This document shows, piece after piece, positions 11,593 through 25,153 of a stretch of DNA of 64,000 nucleotides. The notes below the pieces were generated by a model. That model did no database searches. It saw only the letters and a list, made by a program, of their open reading frames with translations, and was not told the origin of the DNA. Source of the stretch: Lama glama (taxonomy: Eukaryota); NCBI GenBank assembly GCA_028534125.1, contig CM052818.1, positions 14,510,001-14,574,000 of the forward strand, in the 5' to 3' direction. The stretch's first letter is position 1. Each line of letters starts with the position of its first letter. The translations under genes were made by a program, and so were the position numbers.

Positions 11593-14454
11593 TGCAGGGA
11601 GCGGGGTAAGCCAAGTTACCACCCTCCAGGTACCACTGTCCAGTGCGCAGCCACAGCACCGACCTGCCCCAGCAGTGACCGGCAGAAGTATGCAGGCAAG
11701 GAGGGCATTTCAGGCAAAGCCTCTGACAGGAGAAGGGCTAACAGACCAACTCAGAGTGCATGCCGCCCAGCCCGGCTTTGGGATCCCACAGACCTGCACT
11801 ATACTGTCCAGTTAGGTTAGCACTTAATTGGTTTAAATTATCCTTAATGAATATACACAGCATTAGCAATTTGTCAGTTACACCAAACACTGTGCCTAAA
11901 TAATATGTACTATTTCCCTAAAAGGGGAAAAAAGAGGCTTCTAAGATAGACAGGAGGTGACCGGCTATTCAAAAGGCTCTTTGGTGATAAACAGTAAGTG
12001 GTCTGGAAGCTACATCTCATTTAGCTAATTACAAACCCATTTGTTTCTGGGAAAAGAAACAGGAGCACCTGAGGCAGTCTAGCTCCTCCCTCACTGAAGA
12101 ACGCCACAGCTGTAGCCGAACACAGAGGGCGGTTTCTACTTGGGTGCAAGGGGCAGGGAGATCAACGCTCCATCCTCCTCACTGGGGTCCTGCCTGCCGC
12201 AGCCTCCTGGCCGGACTCTCTGCAGGGCAGTCCGCTGGCCTCTGCTGAGATCGCAATCGGAGATCACAATCTGGAGATCTGCAATCAGAGACCCTGACAT
12301 CCCTTCCAGAAACCAATTACCCCACGTGCAGGCCACACCCAGGGAAGGCCTTGGGACCAGTCACCGAGAGGCTCTGGGCCTGTGTCCTCATCTGTAAAGA
12401 GAGAGGACTGGACTGGAACAATGAGCGGTTCCTAGCTCTGGACACACATCACCATCACTTCTGGTGAGTCTGTGATTTAATGCGGCTCAGGTGTGGGTGG
12501 GCATTGGGCTCTTTAAAGCTAAGGGTTGATTGAGTACGACTGATCAACTAGAGCCCCTTCTCACTTAAACAAGACACTCCCCAAGCCCCAAGTATCAATT
12601 CAATCATCTGCACCCTCCCCCTCTAGTGGTGGTGGATGAGGATAAAAAACTGAGCTTATCACCAAGGAGGGCAAGTATCTCAAAGCCAACCTGGCCCTGA
12701 GAAGGCGGATGAACACTGAGGCTGCAGCCTACCTGAATGATCTTGAACTTTCCAGTCAGCCCTAAAATTTGTACACTACATTTGGGATTCAGATATTCTT
12801 CCCTCTGCTGCCTAAAACATAAGTCTCACAATAAAGTATCTTGAACAAAAATGTTGTGGTTATTTTAAGTAAGTCTTCAGCTAACAAATGAGACTACTTG
12901 CCATTGTTTTTTTAAAACAATGAAAACTGCTTAAACATTTGATCACTCCCTCACTGACAGTCAATTAAAGATCACAGAAAAAAACATAAAACAAGTCCGA
13001 ACAAATAATTAACATAACAAAACTGAAAAGAATCATAATACTAAGTTGCCAGAAATACGCTTACATTTCGATTACTATTTGCGCTTTCATCTGGAAAACA
13101 TATCCTCCGTTGGAAAGCACCCAGGGAAACAGCTGCATTGCTTTTTCGACTCTCACAAACACGCTAAAAGTTAGCCAGAACTCTGTGCTGGCTTACATCC
13201 AGGGTTTTATTATTATGTACTATTAGTTCATAGTGAGAAATGTGGGCTGAGGAAGGAGGAAAGCGAAGTAACAACGGGGGCTTCCTAATTGTGTGCAGAT
13301 GTGCAGGTTTCTGCAGCTTTATCTGTCAGAGAATGTCTTCCGTTTTAGGTCTATTACCTGTAGCCTTTATTAATTAGATATTTACAAATGTCGTGTTCTT
13401 AGGACATGATTTAGAGACTTTAACTTGAAACAATTTTTCTTCTGTCAGTGGCTCGGCCATGCTGACATTTCAACATTTTTCATATGTAAAGCAAACTGGT
13501 CCAGTCTCCCCCTATCCCCGCACTTCTGAGCAAGGGCAGGAAGCAAATTTAACAGGACAAGTCCCAGTCCCCTTCCTTCATTATGTCCATTTCTCGTCCA
13601 AGCAATTATGGCTCAAAAGACTCTCACTTCTGGTACTTCATAAATGTTGGGCTTATATTATTTTCTTTAAAGGTATATACAAGCCAAATGGAGTGGTAGG
13701 GTCCAGCACAGACTTTTCAAGATCATGAACCTGCAAAGTTAAACAAACAGAAAACTGGAGGGGCAACATGGGTTTCCCACTTTTATTTAGTTACGTAAGG
13801 AGTAAAAAGTAAAACGGGGGCACACGCACACACAAAAACCAAGTATCTGATACTGCCACTATTTTATAAAGAAGACCTCAAAGAGGAGAAGCAACAGCAT
13901 CACCATCTGAGAAATGAAAGATCAATCCTTTGCAGAAGAGAACAAATGGTGGTCTTACATCAAGGCTCCCGAGGAGGCAAGTGATCTCCAGAGGCCACAC
14001 CTGGCCCTGCAGGTGCAGAGGCAAGTGTGAGCTAGTAGTCAGGGGAGGAAAGCTGAAGTCCCAGCTAGCTGATCAGGAACAGGCACAAAGTTTCTCCAGG
14101 CTTCTGCGTCTATACCTGAACCTTGGCCCTACTTCTGAAGTCCCTTCCTGTTCGAAGGTCCCATAACTATTAGATGAGAACACTCTGCTAGACTGCTACC
14201 TATTTTATTAGGATGACAGATAAGCACCAAGTCTCTAATGCCCCACGATGTGTATCTCCAGTACCCAGCACAGCCCTGGGCACAAAGTAAGGGCTCAATA
14301 AATATTTATTGAATAAATTACTTTTCCGAGCTCCATAGTACTTAAGGGATTTTAAGAAAAACATACTGATGATTGATGCTTCATAGCTTCCCGAAAGAAA
14401 ATATAACATGAATCCAGCTTTAATTCTTAACTTTATGGATGGATGTGTATTTGC

Positions 14455-14675
14455 ATTATTTAACAAACATGTACCTAGTTCTATATGCCAGACCTAAGCC
14501 CTTTGTAAATATTAATTCATTTAATCCTCCAAATATCCTTTTTGAAATTGGCACTTTTGTATTTTACAGATGAGAAAATTGTGACACAGAGGGGTTAAGG
14601 AACTTGCCTAAAGTCAAAGAGGTAAAGCTAGTGGAGTGAGGATTTGAAACCAGGGGTCTAGTTTCTGAGTCCATG
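14455..14675 (-). mobile_element. MIR SINE
   Basis: catttaatcctc...ttttacagatgagaaaattgtgacacagaggggttaaggaacttgcc. Confidence 0.85.
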
Positions 14676-14882
14676 CTGTGCTGTCCCATACGGTTGCCAT
14701 GAGTCACGTGGGGCTATTTAAATTTAAATGAATTAAAATTAAATAAAAATTAATACTTGGCTCCTCAATGCACTAGCCATATGTACTCAGAAGCCACATA
14801 CACACAGATCAGGGCAACAGCACTGAACGAGGCAGGCAGGGAACATTTCCACCCTGGCAGAAAGCCCCACCGGAAACACCAG
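14676..14882 (-). mobile_element. MER3-like hAT DNA transposon
   Basis: ctgtgctgtccca...ggctatttaaatttaaat...cactagccat...gaacatttcca...gcagaaag. Confidence 0.75.
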
Positions 14883-15990
14883 TCTACACTCTCAGGGGAC
14901 ACTCTACTGCTGCCTCTCCAGACCCTGTAGTCCCATCTCCACGCCGAACCCCGAGCCTAATAAAATGACACAAAGGGGATTTCCAGTTGGGACTCTCGAA
15001 TGCCCATTCTTTGAGCAAAAGTATGTAAAAGCAAGTCAACAGCAGCTTGATTCCCGACAGCCAACCTCAACAAGAAAGCTCGGTCTGGTTTCCCCTTCCT
15101 TCACTCTGCTGTACTCATTCTTCTCCCGGCAGGATGTTTGCAGAAATGGTCTCCGGCTGTTAGGTCACTGGTGCACACTTGCACCTGTCCTGCTGCGAAG
15201 GGCAGAAACCCTGTTTTATGGATTTTGTGAGTAGAGTTCAGCCAGAGGGTAGCCCTGCCCAGAATTTAGCTCCCAAAATATTTGCAGACGTTTTTCAAAA
15301 GGTAGAAGGCATATCACACAAGACTCTTTCTGTAAGAGAGAAATAAAGTTTTGGGTATCAAGGCAGCCTCTAAATTCTGTATCAGAGGATGAGTTAAGGT
15401 GAGCTGCCATTGAGGGGTGGGACAAGGTGGTGTTGTGATTTCTGAACCTCCCCAAATAGCCCCATCTTTGAGAAAAGGTAGTTAAGAGAGTTTAATTACC
15501 TAAGAAGGGTGACACTTCAAGTCATTGTTCAATCTAACATCTGAATCCAGAAGGACTTGAGGGAAAATGAGACCCAGGACAGGGAAACTTTGATAAGAAA
15601 AAAGTCAAGTCCCAGAACTGAGGGGCAAGAAAATAAAGAGGTAAAGAGGAAAACTTGTTGGGTGGAGCAAGTCTTAAGGGAAGAAGGAAAGCAGGAAGAA
15701 TGGAAAAGCTGTGGCTGGCCTTCCAAGCTGTAAAATTCTATGTCTAATCTATAACAAAATGTATTCAATCCGTCTCACCCTCTTCCATTCAAGGCATTTT
15801 TATGATGCTTATTTCCCCATGGAAACTCCAGGGCTTTCTTGACCGAACAGGTTTCTCTGGCACTGCGGTAAACAGACGAGGAAGCAGGGTCTGCTGGTTT
15901 CCCGGTAGGGGGCCGAATACCCACAACCAGGGGGTGCTCAGAGTGTGGACGGAGCTCGGATCTTCTCCATGCTGTGTCTGTCCCCACTTA

Positions 15991-16140
15991 CAGTCAGTCC
16001 TCCACCTCTGTGAAGACGGAGGCTGCCTGCACTATGCCATTTTATATAAGGGACTGCAGCATCTGCAGACGTTTGCATGGGGTGGGAGAGTGTTCCTGGA
16101 ACCAATTCCTCCCCCTACCCCAGATGCCAAGAGACAAGAG
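15991..16140 (-). mobile_element. Internally deleted MER2-like Tigger element
   Basis: gccattttatataagggact, cctggaaccaat; degenerate TIRs; TA at 15989-15990 and 16141-16142. Confidence 0.7.
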
Positions 16141-16179
16141 TACTATTCCCTGAACAACTGTTTCCATGAACAGATGCCC

Positions 16180-16540
16180 AAAGCATTGTTTTTAATTGCT
16201 GAGCGTTGTTCTACAGTATGGTTGTGCCATAAGTTACTGAACCAAGTCCCTTATAAGATACACAGTTGTTCACTATTCTCAATAATACGCTCATGAATGT
16301 GGTAATATCATTGTAACCTTGTCCATTATTATTTTACTACAGTAAATTTCTAGATGAGAAACCTACTGCCCAAGAGAAATGGATCCTCCCAGTAGCACTG
16401 TAGGAGAGGGTTCGTTTCCCCTTCATCCTGGTCAATGCCAAGTAGGTGAAGATCACTGCAAGTCTCTTAAGTGACATCTCACTGTTATTTTAATTTGCAT
16501 GTCTTTGCTTCCTAGTGACATGACCTTGAATATGTTTTCA
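16180..16540 (-). mobile_element. Old L1M fragment
   Basis: tctcactgttattttaatttgcat and other degenerate antisense L1 motifs. Confidence 0.55.
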
Positions 16541-16554
16541 TAACTAAATGGATC

Positions 16555-16725
16555 ACTTATTAGGGCAAATCACTAACCTCTCTGTGCTTTCAGTTTATTT
16601 ATCTGTAAAACAGGAATAATGATTGAACCTGTCTCACAGAACTGCTTTGAGAATTAAATGAATTAATGCATGTAAAATGCTTAAAACAATTCATGGAACA
16701 TTCAAAGAAATGTCAACTATTAGTT
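16555..16725 (+). mobile_element. MIR SINE
   Basis: gggcaaatcactaacctctctgtg...atctgtaaaa...gagaattaaatga...tgtaaaatgctta. Confidence 0.85.
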
Positions 16726-17984
16726 ACACTTTTTAATTTATTTCTGATAAGGAAGAATTCTTTCTTTGAAACAACAACATTCACATTGGTAGTTACTTTT
16801 TGAGAACAGCACAGATGAAATAATTATCACTGGGTAACAAAGAAGCACTGTAAGTACCCATGTGTAATTCTAGAAGTGGGCCTCCCTCCCCTTTGTTTAG
16901 TTATAATATCCACTAGACCAAGGCTATTCTTCTCTAATATAAACAAAAAAAGTTTGAATAAAATTTTAATAAATTGTACATTCTTGGATTTATTTTTAAT
17001 AAAATTCTGCTTTTTCCAGAATTTTTAAAATTTTATAACAAAAAGGAAATCACCAAACAGAACTTAGTTAAGTAAATCATGATATATGTAATAGACTTTC
17101 ACACATCAAATAAAAAGAATGATATTTACTATGTATGTGTAAAACACGGGTCGGTTTGGATGAAACAGCAGGTAACAGAATACGGACATGATGATTCTAC
17201 TTTTGTTTGAAAACAGACATTTATGTGGAACAATACATATACCAAAATGTTAAAAGTAGTGAGCACTCAGTGGTGGTATTAAAGGCAATTTAAATTTTCT
17301 TATTTTTCTGAAGAAAACTGTATCTTCTTTGGTTTCTACCAAGAGCATTTTATTTTTGAAATGAGGAATTTTAAGTGTTTGTACAGGTGGGATTCCAATG
17401 TGGTGTGCAGTTTCTTGGACAGAGCAGAGCTGTCTGGCAAGACAAGCCCCTCTTGGATAACAAGGTTCCCTCCGGCAGGAACATTCGTTGCACAGACTGG
17501 GGAGTGGCATGTCGTAAGGGCTCCTGGAGCTCAGAACCTGAGATTCCCACCTCTCCATCCTCCCAGATATGCGCGAAGGTCCTGAGCTGATTTTGTCTTC
17601 CCCTATTTACCACCCATCAAGGATGCCCAGGGCTTGCAAAACACAGCTTCAAACTACCTGATAGGTCCACAAAGCCCCTGCTTTCCCCCAGTCTCATCCC
17701 GTCACAAACCCACACACCCTCAATTCCTCAACCCTCTTGCAGTTCCCAGACTCTGGACACCCACTGAGGCACCCCTCACTCACACTCGCCTCAAGCTCAC
17801 CTCCTGCAGGGGGCCTTCCCGATACCCCCGTGCCCATATCTAGCACAGCGTTCTGCACAGTGGACCACAACTGCTGGCCCATTCCTGCCCACATCTTGAC
17901 TGAGTAGATCAGGTGGGATACAGCAGAGTATTGAGCCAGTAAACAGGTAGGGGAGGACTTACAGAGGCAGAGCTGACATATGGT

Positions 17985-18525
17985 TACTACAATGAACTGC
18001 ACATGTATATAAATTACACAAACTGGTAAATCCTGACATGTATACATCTGTGGAGCCATCACCACAATCAAGAAAATGAGCATATCCATCACCCCCAGAA
18101 GTGTCCCTCTGTAGTCCATTCCTCCCAGCCCTCCCCCACACATCCCTGGACAACCACAGGTCTGCTCTCTGTAGAACACATCTTCTATATACACGGAATC
18201 ATTCAGTATGAATTTTCTGTCTGGCTTCTTCACTCAGCACAATTACTTTGAGATTCACCCATGCTATCTGCATATAGCAACGGCTGATTTTTTTTAACTG
18301 CTGAGTAGTATTCCGTTGTGTGGCTATAACAGTTTATGTATTCATTTACCTGTGATGGATATTTGAGTTGTCTCCAGTTTAGGGCTACCACAAATAAAGC
18401 TGCTATGAACATCTGTGTCCAAGTTTCTGTGTGGACAAGTGCTTTCACTTCTCTTGAGTAAATGATTCCGAGTGGAACACTTGGGTCATATCATAGGTTA
18501 TGTGGTAATTTTTTAAGAAACTGCA
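17985..18525 (-). mobile_element. L1MB/L1MC-like 3' fragment
   Basis: catccatcacccc-like motif, ttgagattcacccatg, ctgagtagtattcc, aaataaagctgctatgaacat, ttttaagaaactgc. Confidence 0.85.
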
Positions 18526-20939
18526 CCACAGAATATTCTAATGAAGTTTAAAAAAAAGCAAAACCAAAAAACAATGAGCAGACGGGTACCCAAATGCACC
18601 AGGGGAATATCCTTTTTAAAGAAAGATAGTAAATCCTTTTGTAAGGGATGAGTCATTTTACAATGTGAATAATCAATCATTCTCTGTGACTTTTAAAATT
18701 CAGTCTTCACATATGAAGTTTTCTTAACTTCAAATGAGTCACGCCTGTGGTAATTACAGTTACATGAAAATTTGCACTCTGTCCACTGCCCAATTCTCCT
18801 GCACTGAGCTGCATTCTTTTCAGGGTTTGGATGGCACTGTTCAATTGCTTCTCTCTCTGTAACCGGCTACAGTGGTGCTGTGACAAAGAGCATGACGTGA
18901 TTCTATCAGTCCTGAAGAAGGATCTTTTCTTTGTATGTGTTCCAAGAGAAGACAGTAACCCGCTCATGTGACTTTGGGGGAGTTATATTAACTTTCTGTG
19001 TCTTTGATAGCCACCCTATCAGCACCCAAAATCAGATATGAGATGTAAAAGGCCTTTTGTTTAAGAGGCTATTCAGCAGTAAATACAACATGAGCTGAAA
19101 ATAGAAAGCAATTCTACATGGAAATAGTCTATCTTGGCACTGAGGCTGGGACCCTCTCCTCCAACTTAAACCTATTTAAATATAGAACACAAAAAGGATA
19201 CAGTTTGTAGAATATAAAAGTAAGAGTAATCTGAAGCATAGAGGAAATCGTAAGACAACTGCTCTTTGGTTCTATCTAAACCTCAAAGGATTGGGTTTTC
19301 TGGTAAATACTGTATTCAATATTCTGAAGACCCATTAAACTGCACAACAATTTTCTAAACATAGTTTTAAATGAATCTGTGTATAAAAAGCGTAATAGAG
19401 CTAAACAGTGTTTGACAGCTTTTATTATTTCTATTAACTTTTCTACTCTAGTTTATACAAGCCAATAAAGCTCATTTTCATTCCGTATGAAAAGAAAGGA
19501 AATCCACTCAGTAGTCAATTACATTTCTGCTGCTGGCTGGGAGTATCTTTGCTTGAGACATAAGACACAGGTCCATGTGTCTTCAGCATGAAAACCACTG
19601 TGATTTACATAAATGTTTCAGAAGCAAACCTTTTAAGTAACAAAAACCAAGTCCCATATAAAATGTCACCAGCCTGCTTAGGTTTGAAGGCATGGGCCAC
19701 AGGTGTGAGTCAGTCAATACGAGGGCAGGAGGTAAGATCCCTGCAAGGAGGTCGCTGGGATGTACAGCCTTAGAAACGGGTGGTAAATGAAACTCCTTAG
19801 ATCCAGCAACGCCTTGCTTAGGAATCTATGGGAAAAGGTGAATCTGCATAAAAATTTGAATGTAGTGGTGCTCACATTATTGTACTTTCTATAGTAGCCC
19901 CCCCAAAAACCCAAAACAAAACAAAACAAAAAAACCTAAAAACAACTTAAATGCTGGGCAATAGGGGACCATATGGGTACTTGACGTAGTGAAGAAAATC
20001 ATTTTCAAAAAAAAACATTTTTAACACGGACACAACACCTGATGTAACAAAGTGAGCACAATAATATAAAAACGACAGTGTAGTGTACGTGTGCAAGCAA
20101 GTGTAAATAAACAAGACCGGGGAGGAGTACACCCAAATGTTCACAAGGGTTAGCCCTGGGATTGCAGGACTGTATCGCTTTCATAATCAAAAGGCTTTTT
20201 TTCCTGAATTACAATACATCCTCAAAACAAATATTTTACCAGTTTTTAAGTTCTTAAAAGTACCACAGTATCTCTCAGGAAACATCTAACGAAATACCTA
20301 AGTTCCCCAGCAATGCTGAACGTCAATTTCTTTAAGGCCTACAGGCAAAGGTTAACAGGGAAATCTGGATTTAGACAAGAGAGAAATCAGAAGCAGGTTA
20401 CATTAAAATGATACTTCAAACCACAAAAGTTTCAAAAGGATTCATTTAAATGGTACATGGATAGAAGGCATTTAAAATATAATGTTCAGATTTTTACTTC
20501 ACATGCCAGCCCTTCAGGAATATACTGATTCCAAAAAATGATTCTTCGATAACATGACCAACAGTTTCCAACCAGCTCTTCACCAAGAATGTTGACCACC
20601 ACAAGAGTTTAAATCTTAATATCTAGTAGGTAATGAAAAAATTGTTTCTACCTAACCTTAGAGTAATGAAAAAAAACACATTTGAAAATTATTAAGTCCT
20701 GTTAATAATGCGGACAAATCTTCAACCCGTGAATCTGGATTTGGAGACTCTTTCCCATGTATGATTACATGGGAGAAAAGGAAAACCCATGCAGTCACGG
20801 ACCATGACGCCCTGGAGATGCAGTTTTTCCTGTCAATTTCTCTAGACACCCCCAAAATTATGAACTATAACCTTGACTTTGGTTACAGCATTTCTTGACT
20901 GAATTACTGCTTACTCTGCCTAATATTATGCACTACTGA

Positions 20940-21450
20940 AACTCATTCTCTCCCACACTGGAATCCAAGGAGCTTTGTAAAACACAAACAAACTTGCCTG
21001 AAATCTTTCAACAACCTCCCCTTTCATCTTTTGGGTAAAACTTCCTCTCAAGGTGCACAAGACCTTCCACCCTGCTTCACTTCCCTTCATCCTCAACACG
21101 TGCCCTCCACTCTGGCCATCACAGAGCCCTTCCCCCAGAGCACACTACCCCCTCCTCTCTCCCTGACTTTGTGCATGTGGTTCCCTCTGCTTGGGACTCC
21201 CCCATGCCCTTATCTTACCAGCCACCACCACTCATTCTTCAAGAGTCACAGCAGGCATCATTCTTCTGCAGAAAGCTGTCCATATCCCCTCCCATCTGCC
21301 ACCTACCTGCATAAGATAAACCAGTTCTGTGCCCACAGTTTATACTAATCATGACAGTAACTTGTCACTGGTTCCCTGTTCCCTCCTCTGAACACTCGCC
21401 CTGTGAGGGCAGAACTGCCTCATTTCTGTGCCCTGGGGCCAGCGCTGCTG
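20940..21450 (+). mobile_element. L2 fragment
   Basis: Pyrimidine-rich L2 3' motifs: ctttgtgcatgtggttccctctgcttgg, ctcattcttcaag, ctgtgagggcag. Confidence 0.65.
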
Positions 21451-21759
21451 AACCCAGCAATGGGAAGTACTCATACTGGCTGAAGCTCCACGCCCATGAT
21501 GCTAGTGAGGTAGTGATCCTACTCAATCCAATAAAACACATTCACCTACTGAGGGGAAATTCAGACATGGTAGATTCATCAAAGTATCCAGTTATTTTTA
21601 AAGTGCTTATTCCCAACCTGAAATTTCTGGAGAAACTGCCTTTTGAAAGAATGCTCTTATCATCATTTCAGTGGTGATTTCAAGATTGTTCAAATGTCGT
21701 ATTTTCCCTTTTTTTTGTGGACCCTACCTGAATTAAAGCACTATCAGAGTTTGGAATTA

Positions 21760-21816
21760 AAAGATCTGTTTATAAAATCTCCAAAGATCTGATTTAAAAT
21801 CCCCAAAGATCTGTTT
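21760..21816. repeat. Short tandem repeat, 22-23-bp unit x ~2.5
   Basis: aaagatctgtttataaaatctcc / aaagatctgatttaaaatcccc / aaagatctgttt. Confidence 0.85.
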
Positions 21817-23019
21817 TCTATCCTCTGCATCATCAACCCAGCAAAAAAACAGATTTTGGGATGGCTCTGTGAGATCAGCAGGAATAATTAATGGTAAGGT
21901 GCTCTTGTATTCGTAAGGAAACACGGCTAGGATTAAAAATATTTTAGCGTCTATTAAAAAAAAGTGGGCAAACATTACGAAGAGCAAATAAAATTTGTAA
22001 GTCATTAAATTATCTTGTAAAAAAATATTTTAGGCTCAAAGAATAGATCACAGGTCTTCTCCTTGATCCAGAAAAATCCAATTAATTAAAAACCACAGTG
22101 AAAAGATCATTTCAAAGAATATTTTGTATAAATAACAAACATAGTAATATTTTGCAAAACATTTCCAATTACGAATTTCGAATTTCGGTATGCATGCTCT
22201 TTGCAAAAGGCTCTTAATCATCTGAAACATGTCAGCTCTCAAGTGAGAATTACGATTTAAAAAAATCTGTATATTGCCATGTATTTTTCAAAATACTTTC
22301 AATTACATCATTTTACTTGATTCCATTTTTGGCACTCATTTCTCAACATTAAACCCAAGAATTAAAAGTCCTTTTTCTTCATTTTCTATTTCTAGAAAAT
22401 TGGGTTGTTATTTTAACATCTGATCTTAAAGATGTAGAAGAGTAACAAATGATGTGAACACGTAACATTAACAATATTCTTAATTTTTGCCAGTGGAGTT
22501 AAATTTTGTATACAAGTATGTTTGTTCACTGATTAGTCACTTTACAGAATGAGTCCTTTGTAAGGTTAATAACTTCATTAAAATTGAAAGTAAAAAAATA
22601 ATTCATGAAAAAGTGTGAAAATTTGTTATTTTTTTTCCCTATACAAAATGTACATCTGGAGTTAGTCTGTAGCCAGAAATCTATCAGGAGATAAGACTTT
22701 TTCTTTTTAATGGTGAGGGAAGAAAAGACATTGTAAATCACAAAGAAGCCACCAGGATGAGATATGCACAACACTGAGATCTGAGAAAAAGGCTCCCAGA
22801 GATCACCCTCAAAGCTCACACCAGCTTCTGTGACCACGCAGGACGTGTGACATGCCACTCTTAATAATGCAGCAAAAGATAGGATTCTGGGAATGAAATG
22901 GAGCAGAATTTAACACACTGCCAAAATTAAAAAAAAGAAAAAGTCAATTTCAGAAGACTATCGAGTGAGACATCACATCTAAGGTGAAATCTGAGAGATT
23001 ACTGGGTGGGGGGAGACTT

Positions 23020-23310
23020 CGGTCTAGTCCTGGTCTAGTCCTCCCTCTGGCTACCTTTAACTTCAAGGAAATTAGTTCACCTCCCTAGTCCTCAATTTCC
23101 TTATCTGAATATTGAAGCAAGTGGTCCTTAAACTCGGCTACTCACCTAAATCACCGGGGAACTTTAAATACAGATTCCCAGGCCCTGGGCCTTAGAAATT
23201 CTACTTAACAGGGATGTGATATGGCTGGAACCCATAATTTTTTCAAAGCCCGTCAGGTGGTTCTGATGTACATGTCTGGAAATTACCAAAAATAGATGAT
23301 CTCTAAGGTA
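23020..23310. mobile_element. MIR fragment interrupted by a MER5-like element (~23118-23290)
   Basis: cctcaatttccttatctg...; gtggtccttaaact, aatcaccggggaacttt, cagattcccaggcc, caggtggttctgatg; MIR-like agatgatctctaagg resumes afterwards. Confidence 0.65.
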
Positions 23311-24957
23311 CCACTTCATCTTTTGTTTTAACTGCAATTTAACCTCATTGTCAAGAATACCAGTCTATTTATTTCTAGAAGATTTCTCTGCGTACTACAC
23401 TAAGAACTAAAAGGTTACATATGATATTTCAGAACACGAATTTTCAAAGGCTTGGGGGTAAGTTTTCTACTTGTCCTTTAAAATTCAATTCTGTAAAGAC
23501 GTCCAAAATCCACAAGCAACAGATAACCAGCTGCACTCTGCAAGTTTCCAGGAAGGCTCTCTACTACACAAGATATTGATGAATCAATTCTTGCTTTCCT
23601 ATTATTCTTGGCATTTCTTTTTGGTCTTTCCAATCTTCCATTTTCCTGCTTTAAAAAAAAGGGCAACATTTCCTATCTAAGCTCTCTGAGCTTGAGGAAA
23701 GAGAATATATAAAATCAGGCAAAATAAAAGTGCTGGACGTAATTCAAAATAAAAGATGAGTGTTAACAATGCATAGAACGACTGACAATAGAAAGAAAAG
23801 GAAACATGCCTCTTCTCCAACAGCCAAAAGCAGAGTGCAAGTTATGGGGGGGAGGTCCCAATCACTTACTCCGCAGGGGAAGGCAGGCTTACCATTTGCC
23901 GAAACAGATATTTAAATATAACCCTGTCAAGAACACCTACCTGGCCAGCATACCAAAGTGAGGGAATGAGGCACTTACACTTCACCCCGGATTAAAAGAG
24001 AACAATGACAAAATAGGAAAAACTCAAGTGACTCACAGGCCCGATTAAGCCATTGGACACACACCCCTGGACCACTTGCATGCTTTTGACTCATGCACTG
24101 TCAGAGCTCTTCCTCTGCTCTCCCTGCGCCCACGAACACTTGGCACTTTCTTTTTGGTGGGCTCAGGGAAAGCAACAGAAATCTGTTCCTAAAGAGGTGT
24201 TAGTGTCCGGTGAAATGCAAGAGAGGCGGCCCAGCAGAGAGCCTGGAGGGTGTAGACTTCAGTGCTGCAGAGGACCTGCCTGCGGAGAGCACCATTTGGA
24301 AAACCCACATCTTTAGTATCCTCCATCCTGTCCCTTTTCCATGACCCTACCTAACACGGCTGTTTACATGAGACGTCTAAATAAAAATGATTCCATTTGT
24401 CCTATTCTCTCCATCCCTACCTGTGCAACCCCCCAAGAACAAGGGGGCTCACATAGAACTTTATTTCACTGGGAAAATGTGCCTTCTCTCCTACACAGTA
24501 GAGATGCACCCAGAGAGACAAACGACTGAGGCAGGTGTCTCTTCAACAGAAGAGATAAAACCTGTTCTACCTAGTTTTACCCCAAATCCCATGCTTCCAT
24601 CCCAAAAGGGCATTCCTCAGCTCTGCAGGAATAGAGCTTAATTCTCCCCTCCCTGGCCCTAGACGCCTCAGGGTTCACATTTTCCTGCCCTCGGTGATTA
24701 CTACACCCCCATCAGGCCGGTCGGCCTTAAACGGGGCCTTTCAGCAACATGCGACACATAATCTATTGGGCCAACTGCAGCTTCTGGTGCCAAGAGATCA
24801 CTGACAAAACGGCTGCTAAAAACGTATGCGGTAACCGGGTCCTGGCAAGTCGTTTTGGATTAACTCTATTCCAAGCCTGTCCTTCCTGTGTTAAGATTCT
24901 CAAGTGTTCACCACTCCCCTCATGTTGTTGACATCCTACAGACAACCTAAATCTAGG

Positions 24958-25153
24958 CTGTCTTCCAGAACTTTCTCCCACATTGCAAATGTTCTGTAGC
25001 TGCAGAATCTATACAGTAGCCACGAACCTGATGTGTCTACTAAGCATGTGAAATGTGGCTAATGTGACTCAGGATCTGAGGTTTTCGTTTTCCTTAATTA
25101 ATTTAAATACAGGCAGCGACATGGGGCTCCCGGGTACCCGACCAAACAGCATA
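24958..25153 (+). mobile_element. MER3-like hAT DNA transposon
   Basis: aaatgttct...cagtagccac...gaaatgtggctaatgtgact...ttaattaatttaaat. Confidence 0.75.

Noticed and set aside
11042..11815. Long ORFs of 183-248 aa
   Set aside because: Artefacts of translating the N gap.
17694..18448. ORFs with L1-like peptides (also 52097-52861)
   Set aside because: Translations of decayed L1 fragments, not intact genes.
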